From: Chiloscyllium plagiosum
Lineage: Eukaryota
Reading direction: 5' to 3'
NCBI RefSeq assembly: GCF_004010195.1
Contig: NC_057718.1
Coordinates: forward strand, 40,899,539 to 40,934,760
DNA length: 35,222 bases
Shown here: piece by piece, positions 11,583-24,586 of the stretch
Position numbering within the stretch: the stretch's first letter is position 1
Layout: every line of letters starts with the position of its first letter
Position numbers and translations under genes: made by a program
The notes under the pieces: generated by a model
Told to the model about the DNA's origin: nothing
Database searches by the model: none
Seen by the model: only the letters and a program-made list of their open reading frames with translations

Positions 11583-14019
11583 AACTGCCTACTATCTATC
11601 TCCAACTCTATAACAAATGCTGTACCAATAAGACACTTATTAAAATTACATCCGCAGTTTCAAAACCACACAGCTTCTATCTTCTTCCGTATCTTCACTC
11701 TTCTGGATGAGGATCTCCCTGGGTCTTCTTCTTTCTTTTTACTATGAGTATATTTCACATGAAAAGGTACCTTTGATAGAGAGTGTTTTTCTAATTTCTT
11801 TAAGTGCAAGATGTTAGCTCTCCATTAGTTTCTCTCTTTATGGCAGTTGCTGTCTGATCAATTTTCAAAATGACCACATTTTATAACCCCCCCCCCCCAA
11901 CATCGGCACCTCATTGAATTTATTGTTTTGCTAACAGCGAACCAAACTCAATTGGGTTTTAGTATCCTGGGGCATAATTTAAACTGATTGGTTAAATTTG
12001 AATTGTTGTCAAAACAGCAACCAAAATTCACATATCCATTTCATAGCCACGTTACATATTTTCAATTTTCCAGTACCCTCTAGGACTGCCATTCAGTCAT
12101 ATACACAGGTGCTTGTAAGCTTTAAGTTCAGAACAACATTCTCTCTCTCTCTCTTAAAGGTACAGGTCATGCCTTCAACTTCACAAACACTTCCATGGAT
12201 TTCTTTATCTTACCCTCTTTATTCTTTCTCACTTCTAACCCATTTCACAGGCTCTAAACTGTGGCTGCAACAGCCACTCAACTGACTGTTTATCCTTCAC
12301 ATTGATATATAACCCTTGTTCCTCTATTTCCTCTGAAAATATAGAGACCTCAGTGTCGATATAAAAAGAATTCAGAATAGCTGGAGGACCAAACAAACTA
12401 AAATTAAAACACTTCACATATTTTCACAGATGCTTGCTGTGTATCTATCAATGATGGAAAGTTTGAATTCCTTCCCTTAGAACTCAATTTATTTTCTCTT
12501 CTCACTTTCCAATCTGGCATTAATACATGTTGTCTTTCCACTTGTTGATTTTTGGTTTAAATGTTGAAGGATTGATTTGCACCATTTTAATTCCAGTGCT
12601 CTAGCTTTTTGTATGTTTGAGACATATTATCATTGTTGATGGGTTTGTCCAAAGCAATCATAACCTGATTGAACTGGGCCTATTAGAAGTATTTCAATTG
12701 CTGTTATTTGCAGGAATTAAAAAGGGTAAATTTATCAAGAGTTTGTTGGGCTTTTTAGGGTATTTTTCTACCGCCTAGCTAATCCATATGGACTAAGAGC
12801 ATCACTTGTGTTCATGACTACTGAAATTAGTGTATTTAGGAAAATATATCCCATATGGGTAAAAAGAATAATCAAAACTTCTGCTGCAAACATTTTGTTT
12901 GCATATTTGTTTTGCTTATATTTTGAGTTTGTGCTTTAGAATTGCCATTTTGTAAAATCTTTTACGAGATGTGCTTACTTACACAAGATATTTGTTGTAT
13001 TTTGTTTGTAATTTTGGATTAGTGGTCTCAAGAACCACAAAGGTGTCAGCTCTAGCAACATAGCATCTGCCAAATAATGTTTGTGAGGAAATGGCTCTTC
13101 TGGGTGATAATTTAGACAAAAGAATGGAACAAATTGATTTGTGCATCTGTGCCTGTTTCTGAGAGTTTACTGTATTGTTCCTTTCAGATGCACTTTTTTA
13201 TACAATGACATTGATAAGACACATACTCTGCATCAATTCAATTAATTTCAAAGGTATTTAAGCGGAATATAAAAGACACTGAAGTGTATTTGTCATAGAA
13301 TAGTTGACCGCCAGGATGAAATTGCTTATTTAATAATTTAAGTTTTTTTTTAGAAAACAACACTAGAGCCAAGTTATTTAATCATGGCTCAGAATAACTG
13401 AAAGTTGCCAAATATCTTGGGTGTGAACATGTTACTGGACAAACTCTCTGGCATTGGCTTCTGAAGTAACTCCTGAGAATCTAGTTGGCTTTGTGGTGGG
13501 TCTTGGATGAACACATTTTTGTTTGAAAAGGTCAAGTTGAAACATTATATTTTGGTTTCTGCAAGATGCCAATATGCAAAAATGCCAACAACAAATAAAA
13601 AAATATATTCGCTAACAGCACTAATCCATGTTCTTGATAGAAGAAGCACATTCTATACAGTATATACAGTGCAACCTTTTCCTCCATTCTGATGTACTTT
13701 AAAATAAGTTTCATTAAGGAGTTGCAGAGAGTTTTATTGTTGTGGTAACTTTAATATAGGGCCATAAGCATGTTGTCATTTTCTGGTGTCCAAATATTTC
13801 CTCAACCTTGAGGGACTAAGCAAACAAAAATGTTCTGGTTTTTCTCTGTGTTGAAAGCCATAAAGTAAGCAGAACCACATAAATTGATAATTAACAACTA
13901 TTGAAATGTGATAAAATGATCTAATAGACGATGTCATCTTGGTTTGACCTGGCAGGGATCCATGATGTGATAAGTACTGACTTTTTGACTCAATCAAAGG
14001 CTAATAAAACGTTATGATT

Positions 14020-14900
14020 ATTCACAACTCAGATTATTTGGTTTAGCCAGCCCATATTAGCATTCATCCTCTTTTAAATTTAAAATGTTCTTATACTTCT
14101 TCAATTCCTTTTTCTTCATCGATCTATTCTAGGTAATGTTAATGTACTTCCGACCTTAGCCATGAGCCCTGGAACTAAAACCCACAGTTGCATTTTTGTG
14201 TAAGTAAGTTCCCCTATCCTAGATCACCTGTTGCTAAGGTTTGTTGATGGTCTCTCAAAACAAATTGCATGGTACACATAGACAGTTGCTTGCAGATTCA
14301 CCATTTTTGTGTTTCTGCTCTTGCTTCTCTTGAACTAGCTGCATTTCCTGACAAATAAAAGTGGTTAGCCTTGGGCTTTCTATTCTTTCTTTTAGAACAT
14401 TGAAGAATCAGATTCTATCTGTAGGGGTACAAATTTGGATAACATCATACCTAATCAGCTTTAACGGATCTCCACTGGAGAAATTTGTGAAAAACCTGCA
14501 GCATGGTAAAGGCAATTTCTGTGCAACCACAGCTTAATCCCTCAGCTTCTGTAAATTGTCTAATTTTAACTACCCGTCCTTCATCACGACTTTCATCATG
14601 ACACTCTGTAATATGCTCTTTTCTAACAATAACTAAATAAATGCTTTACAAAAAGCTCTTTAGTATTTTTCTTCCTCATACCAGGCAGCAGTTGCGTGAA
14701 TCTACATTGTTTTCATTCTAAAGCATCATCGTACTTCCCAGTACTGCACAGAATATTGCAACTGAGCTCTTATTAAAGTATTACATGGACTCATAATGAG
14801 CTTTTGGCTTTTACATTCCATAACTCACAAGATAAAGCTAGAATTCTGTTAGTATTTTTGACACATTTGTTAACTTGTGAGGCTGTCTTTACATAAACTA
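14020..14900 (-). mobile_element. Very old CR1 relics
   Basis: Patchy resemblance to reverse CR1 ORF2 C-terminus and 3' UTR. Confidence 0.35.
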
Positions 14901-14946
14901 CATAGAACTACATGACTATGATTTGACCCAACTGTTCAATTTTGGC

Positions 14947-15127
14947 AGCAGAAGTAGTTGAGGTGGGTACATTAACAACATTTAAAAGGCATTTAGACAA
15001 AAAACATGGATGAGAAAGGATTAGAAGGATATGGGCCAAGTGCAGGGAAATAGCGTTGGCGTGGACAGACATTTTGGTTGGCATGGACCAGTTTGAGTCT
15101 CCATGTTATATAACTATGACTCTATGA
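14947..15127 (+). mobile_element. CR1 3' end
   Basis: ACATTTAAAAGGCATTTAGAC... CTATGACTCTATGA tail, collinear with 32730-32925. Confidence 0.85.
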
Positions 15128-15149
15128 TATTCTGTTTCCAAGTCTGGAT

Positions 15150-15715
15150 TATGAGGAGCTTGCAAGTAATAGTGTTCCTGTGTATCAGCTGCCCTTGTCC
15201 TTCTAGATGGTGAGGTTGTGGGTTTTGAAGGAATGTCTAAGGACCCTTTGTGAACCTCTAAAATGTAAATGTTAGACACTGCTGCTCCTAAGTGTCAGTG
15301 GTCGATGGAGTGGATGTTTATGGATGTGATGCCAGCCAAGTAGGTTGTTTTGTCAAGGATGGTGCCAAGCTTCGTGAGTATTGTTGGAGTTGCACCCATC
15401 TAGACAAGTGGGGTCTATTCCATCATACTCCTGACTAGTGCTCTGTAGATGATGGACAGGATTTGGAGAGTCAGGAGGTGAGTTAATGACCTCAGAATTC
15501 CTAATATATGACCTGCTCTTGTAGCCATAATATTTATGAGCTGGTTCAGTTCAGTTTCTGGTCAATATTAACCTCCAGGTCTTTGAGAGTTAGGGACTCG
15601 ATGATGGTAATGCTATTCAATGCCAAGGGAATATGGTTGGATTCTCTCTCATTGGAGGTGGTCATTGCCTGGCACATGTATGAGTCTAAACCTGGATATT
15701 GCTCAGACGTTGCTC
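15150..15715 (-). mobile_element. Second-family CR1/L2-group LINE fragment
   Basis: Collinear with 18600-19190 (e.g. CCCTTGTCCTTCTAGATGG). Confidence 0.8.
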
Positions 15716-16230
15716 CAATTGGGTCTTGAGTGTCTCCCACAGGCCCAATGCAGTGGGATGCTCCCAGTTCACTTGGGCCAAATCATATCTTAGTAAAACC
15801 TGCATGTCTCCAGTTTCGAACTCAAATTCCTGGTCTATCTTATACCTGTCCATAACTGTCCTAAAATCTAATTGAGTTATTGTTTCAATCTCCAAAATGC
15901 TTTCTGACTGATATGCCTTCCACGTGCCTGAGTCATTTCTGAATAATAGGTCTAGAATTGCCCAATGCCTTGATGTACTTTCTATTACTGACTAAACAAG
16001 TTCTTCTGGATGTAATTCAAGATATTTGCTCCCTTCTTACCTTGCATACTGAAGCTAACCTTGGTAAACTCTCCTAATGTTACTGCCTTAAATTCACTTC
16101 ACTCACATTTGATTACACATTTGATTCTTTACCTCTTGCTGACTACTTGGGACTCAATAATACATATGCAACAGGGTGTTTGCACCCTTTGTGTTTTTTC
16201 ACTTCTACTCATATGGCCTCATTTGACAAA

Positions 16231-16365
16231 GGAAAAATACTGTTAATGCTGGAAACCTGAAGCACACACAGATGATACCAGAGAAACTCAACAGATTGTG
16301 CCGCATCTGTTGAGAGAGAAACACAGTTAATGTTTTGAGGCCAGCATAACTCTTCTTCACAACCT
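16231..16365 (-). mobile_element. Old Penelope pLTR fragment with degenerate hammerhead
   Basis: AAAATACTG..ATGCTGGAA like 24387-24408; ends ACTCTTCTTCAC (decayed reverse CTGAAGA). Confidence 0.6.
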
Positions 16366-16603
16366 CGATCACAAAATCAAGTAGCCACTAGTTTATTGGT
16401 GTCTGTATGAGGGAAAACATTGGGAACACTGCAAGTGGCAGCTGGGAGAATTACTGTGTGGCAGATGAACATATATGCATTGGAGTTTGGCGCACCAAGT
16501 CCAATAGATATTTTTGAACAAAAAGGATGAAAAATGGTCAACTTTCTTTGAAATTTTTACCAGTTGCATGAGATTCACAGATGCTTAGGTACCAGATAAA
16601 GTT

Positions 16604-17900
16604 ATAAGAATCATAGAGTCATACAGCATGGAAACAGACACTTCAGTCCAACTAGTCCCTGTGGACCAAGTTCCCAAACTAAACTAATCCCACATACTTG
16701 TGTTTGGCCCAAATCCCTCTAAATTATTCCTATTCGTGTACTTATCCAAATGTCTTTTAAATGTTGTAACTGTACCTGCATCCACCACTTCCTGATGAAG
16801 GGCTTATGCCCGAAATGTCAACTTTCCTGCTCCTTGGATGCTGCCTGGCCAGCACCACACTTTTTGACTCTGATCTCCAGCATCTGCAGTCCTCACTTTC
16901 TCTTTAAAAATATGTCCTCTAGTTTTGAAATCCCCTGCCCGTGAGAATGGACTCTTATCTATGCACCTCTTAATTTTATAAATCTCTATAAGGTCACCCC
17001 TCAATCTCCTACACTTCAGTGAAAAGAAATCCCAGCCTGTCCAGCCTATTTTTATAACTTGAACCCTCCATTCCTGACAACACCCTGGTAAATCTTTTCT
17101 GAATCTTTGCCAATTTAATAATACCCTTCCTAAAGCAGGACGACCAATGCCCTCTACAACCTTAATATGATGCCCCCCAAGTCCTGTACTCAAAGGTCTG
17201 AACAATGAAGGCAAGTGTGCTAAATGCCTTCTTAATCACCCTGTCTACCTGTGACATACATTTAAAAGAATCATTTACCTGAACCACAAAGGCTTTCTGT
17301 TCGACAACACTACCCAGGGCCCTTCCATTAATTGTATTAGTCCTGCCCTTGTTTGTTTTACCAAATTGCAATACCTCATATTTATCCAAATTAAACTCCA
17401 TCTGCCACTCCTCAGCCCATTGATCCAATTGACCTCGTTGTTATCTTAGATAACCTTCTTCACTGTCCATTATACCACTAATCTTGGTGCCATCTGCAAA
17501 CCTACTAAATGTGTCATTTATATCAAAAATTTGGATGCCAAACAAAAGTGGATCCAGTACTTGTTTCTGTGGAACACCACTGGCAATTGGGCTCCTGTCC
17601 AAAAAACAACGCTCCACCACCACCCTCTGTATCCTACTGTCACATCAATTTTGTATTCAGTTGGCAAGCTCACCCTGAATCCCATGTGATCTAACTTTAC
17701 TAATTAGTCTACTATGTGGAACCTTGTCAAAGGCTTTATTAAAGTCTAGGTAAACAATGCCTACTGCTCTGCCCTCAACAGTCTTTTTGGTTAAATTCCT
17801 CAAAAAACTCAATCAAGTTTTGAGACGCAATTTCTCCCTCACAAAAGCCTGCTGACTCTCCCTCATCAGTCCTCATTTCTCCAAATGCATATAAACTCTA
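16604..17900 (-). mobile_element. CR1 LINE RT and 3' UTR, interrupted by PLE
   Basis: SGVPQ..VL.PLLF, SRFADGTKI, WAEEWQMEFNLDK, RRLRGDLIEIYKI; TCATAGAGTCATA reverse tail. Confidence 0.92.
16791..16902 (+). mobile_element. Penelope pLTR insert starting at hammerhead core
   Basis: CTGATGA-A-GGGC ttat GCCC-GAAAT-GTC (16792-16819) then CTCCAGCATCTGCAGTCCTCACTTTCTC. Confidence 0.88.
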
Positions 17901-18399
17901 TTTTCCATAATGGGGAGACTACTGTAATTCAATGCAATGCCACATCAGATTTCAAAGTACATCTGAGAATTTTAGTCAAAATTACACAAACTCTGTTATT
18001 GCAAGATTTTAATATCCATCAGGGATGGGAAACTTAGAGCCTATCAGTCTGGACTGGATTCAAATCCACAGTCAGATCTAAAATAATAGTGCAATTCTCT
18101 CCCTTCCATTGGTTTTAATCTGCTTCTAGGTGTTGAGTATAGCTGAGTATCAATCATTCAAAACCCCAGTAGTATTTAGTGAGTGAGAGATTAGAATTGT
18201 TTGTGCCAATCTTTGAGAACTACAATTGTCCCTAAACCACAAATAGCATCTGTGGCATGAGGGCATACTTGTGAGGAAAATTGCAGAGGATGCTGCATTT
18301 GTGAGAGTGTTAGTGAATGTGCAGTGAATGAACACTGAATGTTTGTAGAGCAGGCAGATCATAACATTAATCAATGTGCAATACTTTATTTTCCTCTGT

Positions 18400-20460
18400 T
18401 ATCTCATGGATGTCACTGGCTGACCAGCATTTATTGCCTGTCCCTCGTTGATTTTGAGAAAGTGTTGGTGACATCTTGAACCACAGCAAACCATGTGCCT
18501 TTGTTAGACCTACAATGCCATTTTGGAGGAAATTCTAGGATTTTGACCTTGCGGCAGTGAAAAAACGGTGAAATATTTCCAAGTCAAAATGGTGAGTAGC
18601 TTGGATGGGAATTTCCAGTGATGGTGTTCCCATGTGTCTGCTCCCCTTGTCCTTCTAGATGGAAGTTATCTTGGGTTTGGAAGGTGCTGGATCAGGACCT
18701 TGGGTGAATTTCTGCAGTGCATCTTATAGATAGTACACACTGCTGCTATTGAGCATTGTGGTGGAGGAAGTGGACTTTGTGGATATCATGCCAATCAATT
18801 GGGCTGCTTTGTCCTGGATGCTGTCAAATTTCTTGAGTGTTGTTGGAGCTGCACCCATTCAGGCAAGTGGGGAGTATTCCAGCACACTCCTGATTTATGC
18901 CTTATAGATGGTGGACAGGGTTGGGGAATCGGGAGCCAAGTTATTTGCAGCATTAGTGCTAGGGTCTAACCTGTTCCTGTGGCCACTGTATTTATCTGGC
19001 TAGTCCAGTTGAGTTTCTGGTCAATGATTACCCCTGGATCCTGGTAGTGGAGGAATTCAGTGATGGTAACACCATTGAATATCAAGGGGCGGTGGTTAGT
19101 CCGTCTCTTATTGGAGATGGTCATTGTCTCGAATTTGTGTGGCAGGAATGTTACTTGCCACTTATCAGCCCAAGACTGAATATTGTCCAGCTCTTATCAC
19201 ATTTGAACATGAGCTACTTCCATATCTGAAGAGTTGGGAATGGTGCGAGACATTGTGTAATCATCAGCAAACATCCTCACTTTTGATGTTATTAGGGAGG
19301 GACGATCATTGATGAAGCAGCAGAAGTTGGTTGGGCCTAGGACACTACCCTTCAGAACTTGTGGAGAGATGTCCTGGAGCTGAGCTGACTAACAATCACA
19401 ACTATCTTTCTATGTGCCAGGTATGACTCTAACCAAGGAGAGCTTTCCCCTGATACCCATTGATCCCCAGTTTTGCTGGGGCTCCTTGATGCCACATTTG
19501 GTTGAATGCAGCTTCGATATCAAAGGCTGTCACTCTCACCTCACCTCTGGAATTTACCTCTTTTGTCCATGTTTGAACAAGGCAGTAATGGGGTCAGAAG
19601 CTGGGTGGCTCTGACACAACCCAAACTGGGTGTCACAGAGCAGGTTATTGCTGAGCTGATGTTCCTTGATGACATTGTTGATGATATATTCTATCACTTT
19701 ACTGATGATTGAGAGTAGACTGATGGGACTATAATTGGCCAGGTTGAATTCATCCTGCTTATTGTGTACAAGACGTGGGTTATTTTTCATGTTGTCAGTC
19801 AAATGCCAGTGTTGTAATTGTACTGGAAGAGGTTGGTTAGGGGAGTGTGGCAACATCTTGAGCAAAAGTCTTCATTAGTATTGCTGGAATGTTGTCAGGG
19901 CCCATGCCTTTTCAGTATTCGGTGCCTCCAACTGTTTCTTGATATCATGTGGAGTAAATTGAATTGACTGAAGACTGGTTTCTGTAATGCTGGTGACCAC
20001 TGGAAGAGGTCGAGATGGATGATCTACCTGGCACTTCTGGCTGAATATTGCTGTGACTACTTCAGACTTACCTTTTCCACTAATGTGTTGGGCTTTTCTA
20101 TTATTGATGATGAGAATATTTGTGTCGTCTCCTCCATTGAGTTGTTTAATTGTCCAGTACCATTCACAACTGGATGTGACAGGACTGCAGAACTTAGATC
20201 TGATTGTTTGGTTGTGGAATTGCTTAGCTCTGTCAATCAGTTGCTGCTTATGCTGCTTGGCATTCAAGTAGTCCTGTTTAGTAATTTTATCAGTTGACAC
20301 CTTATTTTCAGGTCTGCCTGGTGCTGCTCCTGGCATGCCCTCCTGCTCTTTAATTGAACCAGGATTGATCTCCTAGCTCGATGGTAATGGTTGAGTGGGG
20401 GAATATGCCGGGCCATGAGGTTACAGATTGTGCTGGAATACAATTCTGCTGCTTTTAATG
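18400..20460 (-). mobile_element. Second-family CR1/L2-group LINE, ~2 kb ORF2 relic with 3' end
   Basis: NLANYSPISLLSIISKVIE..NNLLCDTQFG; QFTPHDIKKQL; 3' tail shared with SINE at 3435. Confidence 0.88.
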
Positions 20461-20461
20461 G

Positions 20462-20786
20462 ATCCCTAACGTGTGGAAAGAGGCCATTTGGCCCAACAAA
20501 TCCATACCAACCCTCTCAAAAGCATCTTACCCAGACCCATCCCCCTACCCTATCCCTATAACCCTGCCTATCCTACACATCCCTGGACATTATGGGTAAT
20601 TTAGCATGGCCAATCCACCTAACTTGCACATTTTTGGACTGTGGGAGGAAACTGGAGCACCCGGTAGAAATCCACACAGACACGGGGAGAACATGCGAAT
20701 TCTACATAGACTGTCGCCCGAGGGTAGAATCCAACCTGGGTCCCTGGTGCAGTGAGACAGCAGTACTAACCACTGAGTCACCATGC
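20462..20786 (-). mobile_element. HE1-like V-SINE, near full length
   Basis: tRNA-like head GCATGGTGACTCAGTGGTTAGTACTGCTG on minus, V-domain, CR1-like tail. Confidence 0.9.
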
Positions 20787-21839
20787 AAGATGTTTTTGGA
20801 CCATGAACAAGGTAGAAAAAAAACAAGTGAAAATATCGAGAGAAGGAAGATCGAGAAGCAATGTCAGTGACCGGCACAAGAATCATCGTGGCATGGGATT
20901 GCTGAACTGCTATCCAGATCTTCCCTCTGCCTCTAACATCCACTTTTTATCCTATCTATGTCTTACTGTATGTATGTGTAGAAGGGGAGTTTAGAAAGGG
21001 AGTAGAAGGTTCATAATTGTTTAGCTGTAGCTAAAGTCTGTTTATGCTTCATGAATAGTCATTCTTGATAAGTCAGAAACTGGTCTGTACTTTTTGTCAA
21101 CCTGGACCTAAAAGACAGGTACATTGGAGACTTCCGTGTACTTTTTAACATCTTTAACTTATGTGATGACTCCAGGAAAAGATGGATTTGATTTCCAATG
21201 AGCTATCCCATTGAAGCATGACACAAACGGTGTTATATTAGACTTTAACAGATCCCTAATGTCCTGATTCAACTTTTTGCTAGTGATATTGCTGGGATTC
21301 TACAAGTGTTTGATATTTTTGAAGGGATTTTCAAGTTCCAAACGTCTATGGGAAATATGGTCATGGATTGAAGGATTTTTTTCAATGACTTTTCAGATTG
21401 TGCATATGCATGGATTGCTGGATATTCTATTTGCAATACAGTATTACCTAGAGAATGAACAAAGATCATGCAAAGTAGGACAAACTGCTAAAGGAGGGAA
21501 AAGCAGGCAAAGTGCTTTCAGCAAGAAGCCAATTCTATCAAGAGTGTTCATAAAGCAATTCCCTGAACTCCAGTGAGAAACTGCTAGTGAGACATTTGTG
21601 ATACAGGAACGGGGATACCTGCCAATTATTGCAATCTGAGAGCAGGACAAGATTGCACTGCCCTCGGATAAGATGCTGATTGGGGTGATGAAAATTTATT
21701 AACCTGGTTCCTCATAGGCTGGAGCTGGGAAAATTTGAACATCTCTCAGTTTGCCATTTACCTTTTCAAAAGGGAAATCACTGGGGACTTAAATTAAAGC
21801 TAACCAGATTTATTTGGTATTGCCAGGAATAGTCAGGTG

Positions 21840-22115
21840 TGCAAGCACATGGCTTCACTCATGTTGCAGGCCTCGCCATTGCTGTTGGCAGCACACATCA
21901 TTTTTAGGCCCGGAAAGCCTGCTCTGCACCATAGTAGAGCTAGAAGGGATTCCATGGCTGGTAGGAGCAAATCGTGTCAGGCAATGCCTGGCATCTTGGC
22001 AGCAATCTATGTCAGTCACTGTGCCAACTGCATTTCATCCAGCACAGTACAGTGAAGCATGGCACAGGTGCTATGTGCTGCTAACTCCACTGTGTAATCC
22101 AGGTACAAATCCCTG
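21840..22115 (+). mobile_element. Possible highly decayed PIF/Harbinger transposase relic
   Basis: KGFH (21944-21955) and LLTPLCNP.T in the expected order of Harbinger NRKGFHS and LMTP.RNP motifs; broken frames. Confidence 0.3.
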
Positions 22116-22299
22116 ACAATGCTCCCTCGAATTTTCTTCCAGACAGTGCTACCATCTGAGGTCTGTTCATGGCAGCAATATCCGGAACAGGAAATCAATT
22201 CCACGATTGACATGCTGAAGCTGACCACCAGGCACGGACCCTTGGAGCAGCCGTACTTGCACACAGCTGAGAGGGAACGTTGACCCTTGCATCTTTAGT

Positions 22300-23320
22300 T
22301 CCCAGACTTGACCTCTTTGTAACTATGTCTCCATAATGGCTGTAAGATCATACTCATTAACCCATATTTGTCCGTAAGTTCATCTATTTTGTTCTGAATG
22401 TTGCATGCTTTTACATAAAGAGACATTAATCTTGCTTGTTTCCATTTTATTCCCCTTTGATTCTATTTACTGCTTTATTTTAATGCTTGCACATGCTGTC
22501 CCTTCCTGTCCCCCTCTGGGTATATTATAAAAGTAGTTGCCCTGCAATGGGCCATATCCTTTAGCTTTGTAAGTTTGTATGCACCCTCCTGCTGATCCTT
22601 TAGTCCCCTCCAATTTTTTCAAAACACTCTCTACAACTCCTAGTTTGTGAGGACACTGGTCCCAGCACTGTTCAGGTGAAGCCTATCTCACTGGAACAGC
22701 TCACTGCTATCACCCTTCTATTGGTGCCAGTGTCCTATGAACTGAAACATTCTTCCACACTGCTCTTTGAAGCTTACATCTAGTTTCTTGACTTTATTTA
22801 CCCTGTGCCAGTTTACCTAAAATTATTACCTGGGTGGTTCTGCTTTTTAGTTTAGCTTCTAACTGTTCACAATCTTTCAGCAGAACCTCCTTTCCAGTCA
22901 TAACACTATTGTCAGCACCAATGTGGATGATGGCAACTGCATCCCCCTTGTTTCTTTCCAAATTCCTGTCTAGCTCCGATGAGATATCTTTAGCTCTGGC
23001 GCCAGGCAGGCATCAAGGCCTTCAACTCATCATCATGACTGCTGATAACAGTATCTACCCTTCAAATTATATGGTTCACTATCTCTATTTTGTTCCTATT
23101 TTCTCCCAGTGCCTGAATGACTCCATGTACCATAGTCATGGTCAATTTGCTCATCATCCTTGCTGTTCCATGTGTGTCTACACAGCTTGTAAGAACCTAA
23201 TTGTTGGACAATTGTAGGGTTTAAGAATCCTCGAGAGCTGCCTCTTGGGTCTCTCCATACCAGCCCCACATGCAATCACACATTCAACTTGATCTAAACC
23301 TTTGGTACCTATACTATCCA
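22300..23320 (-). mobile_element. Old CR1 ORF1 region relic
   Basis: Reverse similarity to esterase-type ORF1 (AVAIIHIGADNS at ~22905-22942, cf. VVVHIGxND). Confidence 0.55.
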
Positions 23321-24046
23321 TGCCCTGCCACTGCAGAAATTGCAAAACTTGCACCCACACCTCCTCCCTCACCTACATCCAAGGTCCCAAAGGAGTCTTC
23401 AAAATTAATCAAAGTTTCACCTGCACATCCACCAATGTAATTTATTGTATCCGTTGCTCCCGATGCGGTTTCCTCTACATTGAGGAGACTGGACACCTCC
23501 TCGCAGAGCGCTTTAGGGAACATCTCCGGGACACCTGAACCAATCAGCACCTCTGCCCCGTGGCCCAACATTTCAACTCCCCCTCCCATTCTGCCGAGGA
23601 CATGCAGGTCCTGGGCCTCCTCCATCGCCGCTCCCTCACCACCTGACGCCTGGAGGAAGAGCACCTCATCTTCCGCCTCAGAGCACTTCAACCCCAGGGC
23701 ATCAATGTGGACTTCACCAGTTTCTTCATTTCCCCTCCCCCACTTTACCCCAGTTACAACCTTCCAGCTCAGCACTGTCCTTATGACCTGTCCTACCTGT
23801 CAATCTCCCTTCCCATTTATCCGCTCCACCCTCCCCTCTGACCTATCACCTCCATCCCCGCCCCCATTCACCTAGTGTACTCTTTGCTGCCTTCTCCCCA
23901 CCCCAATGCCCCATTTATCTCTCCACCCTGGAGGCTCCCTGCCTCCATTCCTGATGAAAGGCTTTTTCCCGAAACATCGATTTTCCTGCTCCTCGGATGC
24001 TGCCTGACCTGCTGTGCTTTTCCAGCACCACTCTAATCTCGACTCT
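23321..24046 (+). mobile_element. 5'-truncated Penelope element: Cys linker, GIY-YIG endonuclease pseudogene, pLTR
   Basis: PCHCRNCKTC...FTCTSTNVIYCIRCSRCGFLYIEETG..LAERFREH; in-frame stops 23536 and 23644; ends LQPQGINVDF. Confidence 0.93.
23951..23980 (+). ncRNA. Decayed hammerhead motif
   Basis: CTGATGA-A-AGGC tttt TCCC-GAAAC-ATC; stem II mismatched. Confidence 0.55.
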
Positions 24047-24380
24047 GCCACTCACTCAAGCCTGGCATCTCATCACTTCATGCAGCTTAGCTGTCCTGAA
24101 AATCACAGTGTTGGTACCTGAGTTGCTGTGAACGTGAAATTGAATGCCAGTGCATCTTCATCATCAAGTTAGATTGTTCAAACTGCTGCTGCAACACCCT
24201 CCTCAGGGACATCACTGTCATGGCCAGCACCATCTTATTGGTTTGGATGAACTCATGATTCAGGCAGGTGCTGCAGCAGCCTCTGAATACTTGAAAATAT
24301 GAGAATGAATTTAGTCACAGACAGGAGGCAAGCTGTTAATTCCACTACTGTGACCTTAACTCTGCTGCTGCCTATTTTCT

Positions 24381-24586
24381 AGAGACAAAAATACTGCAGA
24401 TGCTGGAATCAAAGTAGACAGGCAGAAGGCTGGAAGAACACAGCAAGCCAGGCAGTATCAGGAGGTGGAGAAGTCGACGTTTCAGGTGTAACCCTTCTTC
24501 AGCATGGAGTAAAGGGGTTACACCCGAAACTTCGACTTCTCCACCTCCTGATGCTGCCTGGCTTGCTGTGCTCTTCCAGCCTCCTG
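24381..24586. mobile_element. Palindromic Penelope mini-element with perfect 14-bp TSD
   Basis: GCTGCCTATTTTCT at 24367-24380 and 24587-24600; ~70-bp inverted arms within 24427-24582. Confidence 0.9.
24473..24502 (-). ncRNA. Minimal hammerhead motif, variant stem II
   Basis: Minus: CTGAAGA-A-GGGT tac ACCT-GAAAC-GTC-GAC; opposite arm reads GGGT tac ACCC GAAAC but lacks CTGA. Confidence 0.7.

Noticed and set aside
10960..12110. Solo LTR hosting the V-SINE (similar impressions at 20800-21225 and 26870-27760)
   Set aside because: Only compositional impression; no termini or TSD could be fixed
20700..20786. tRNA gene
   Set aside because: tRNA-derived SINE head with mutated B-box, continuous with the V-domain
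23321..23345. GIY-YIG fragment as the displaced other half of the RT at 315-1630
   Set aside because: They overlap in the PCHxRNC codons but differ at several bases; more likely separate copies
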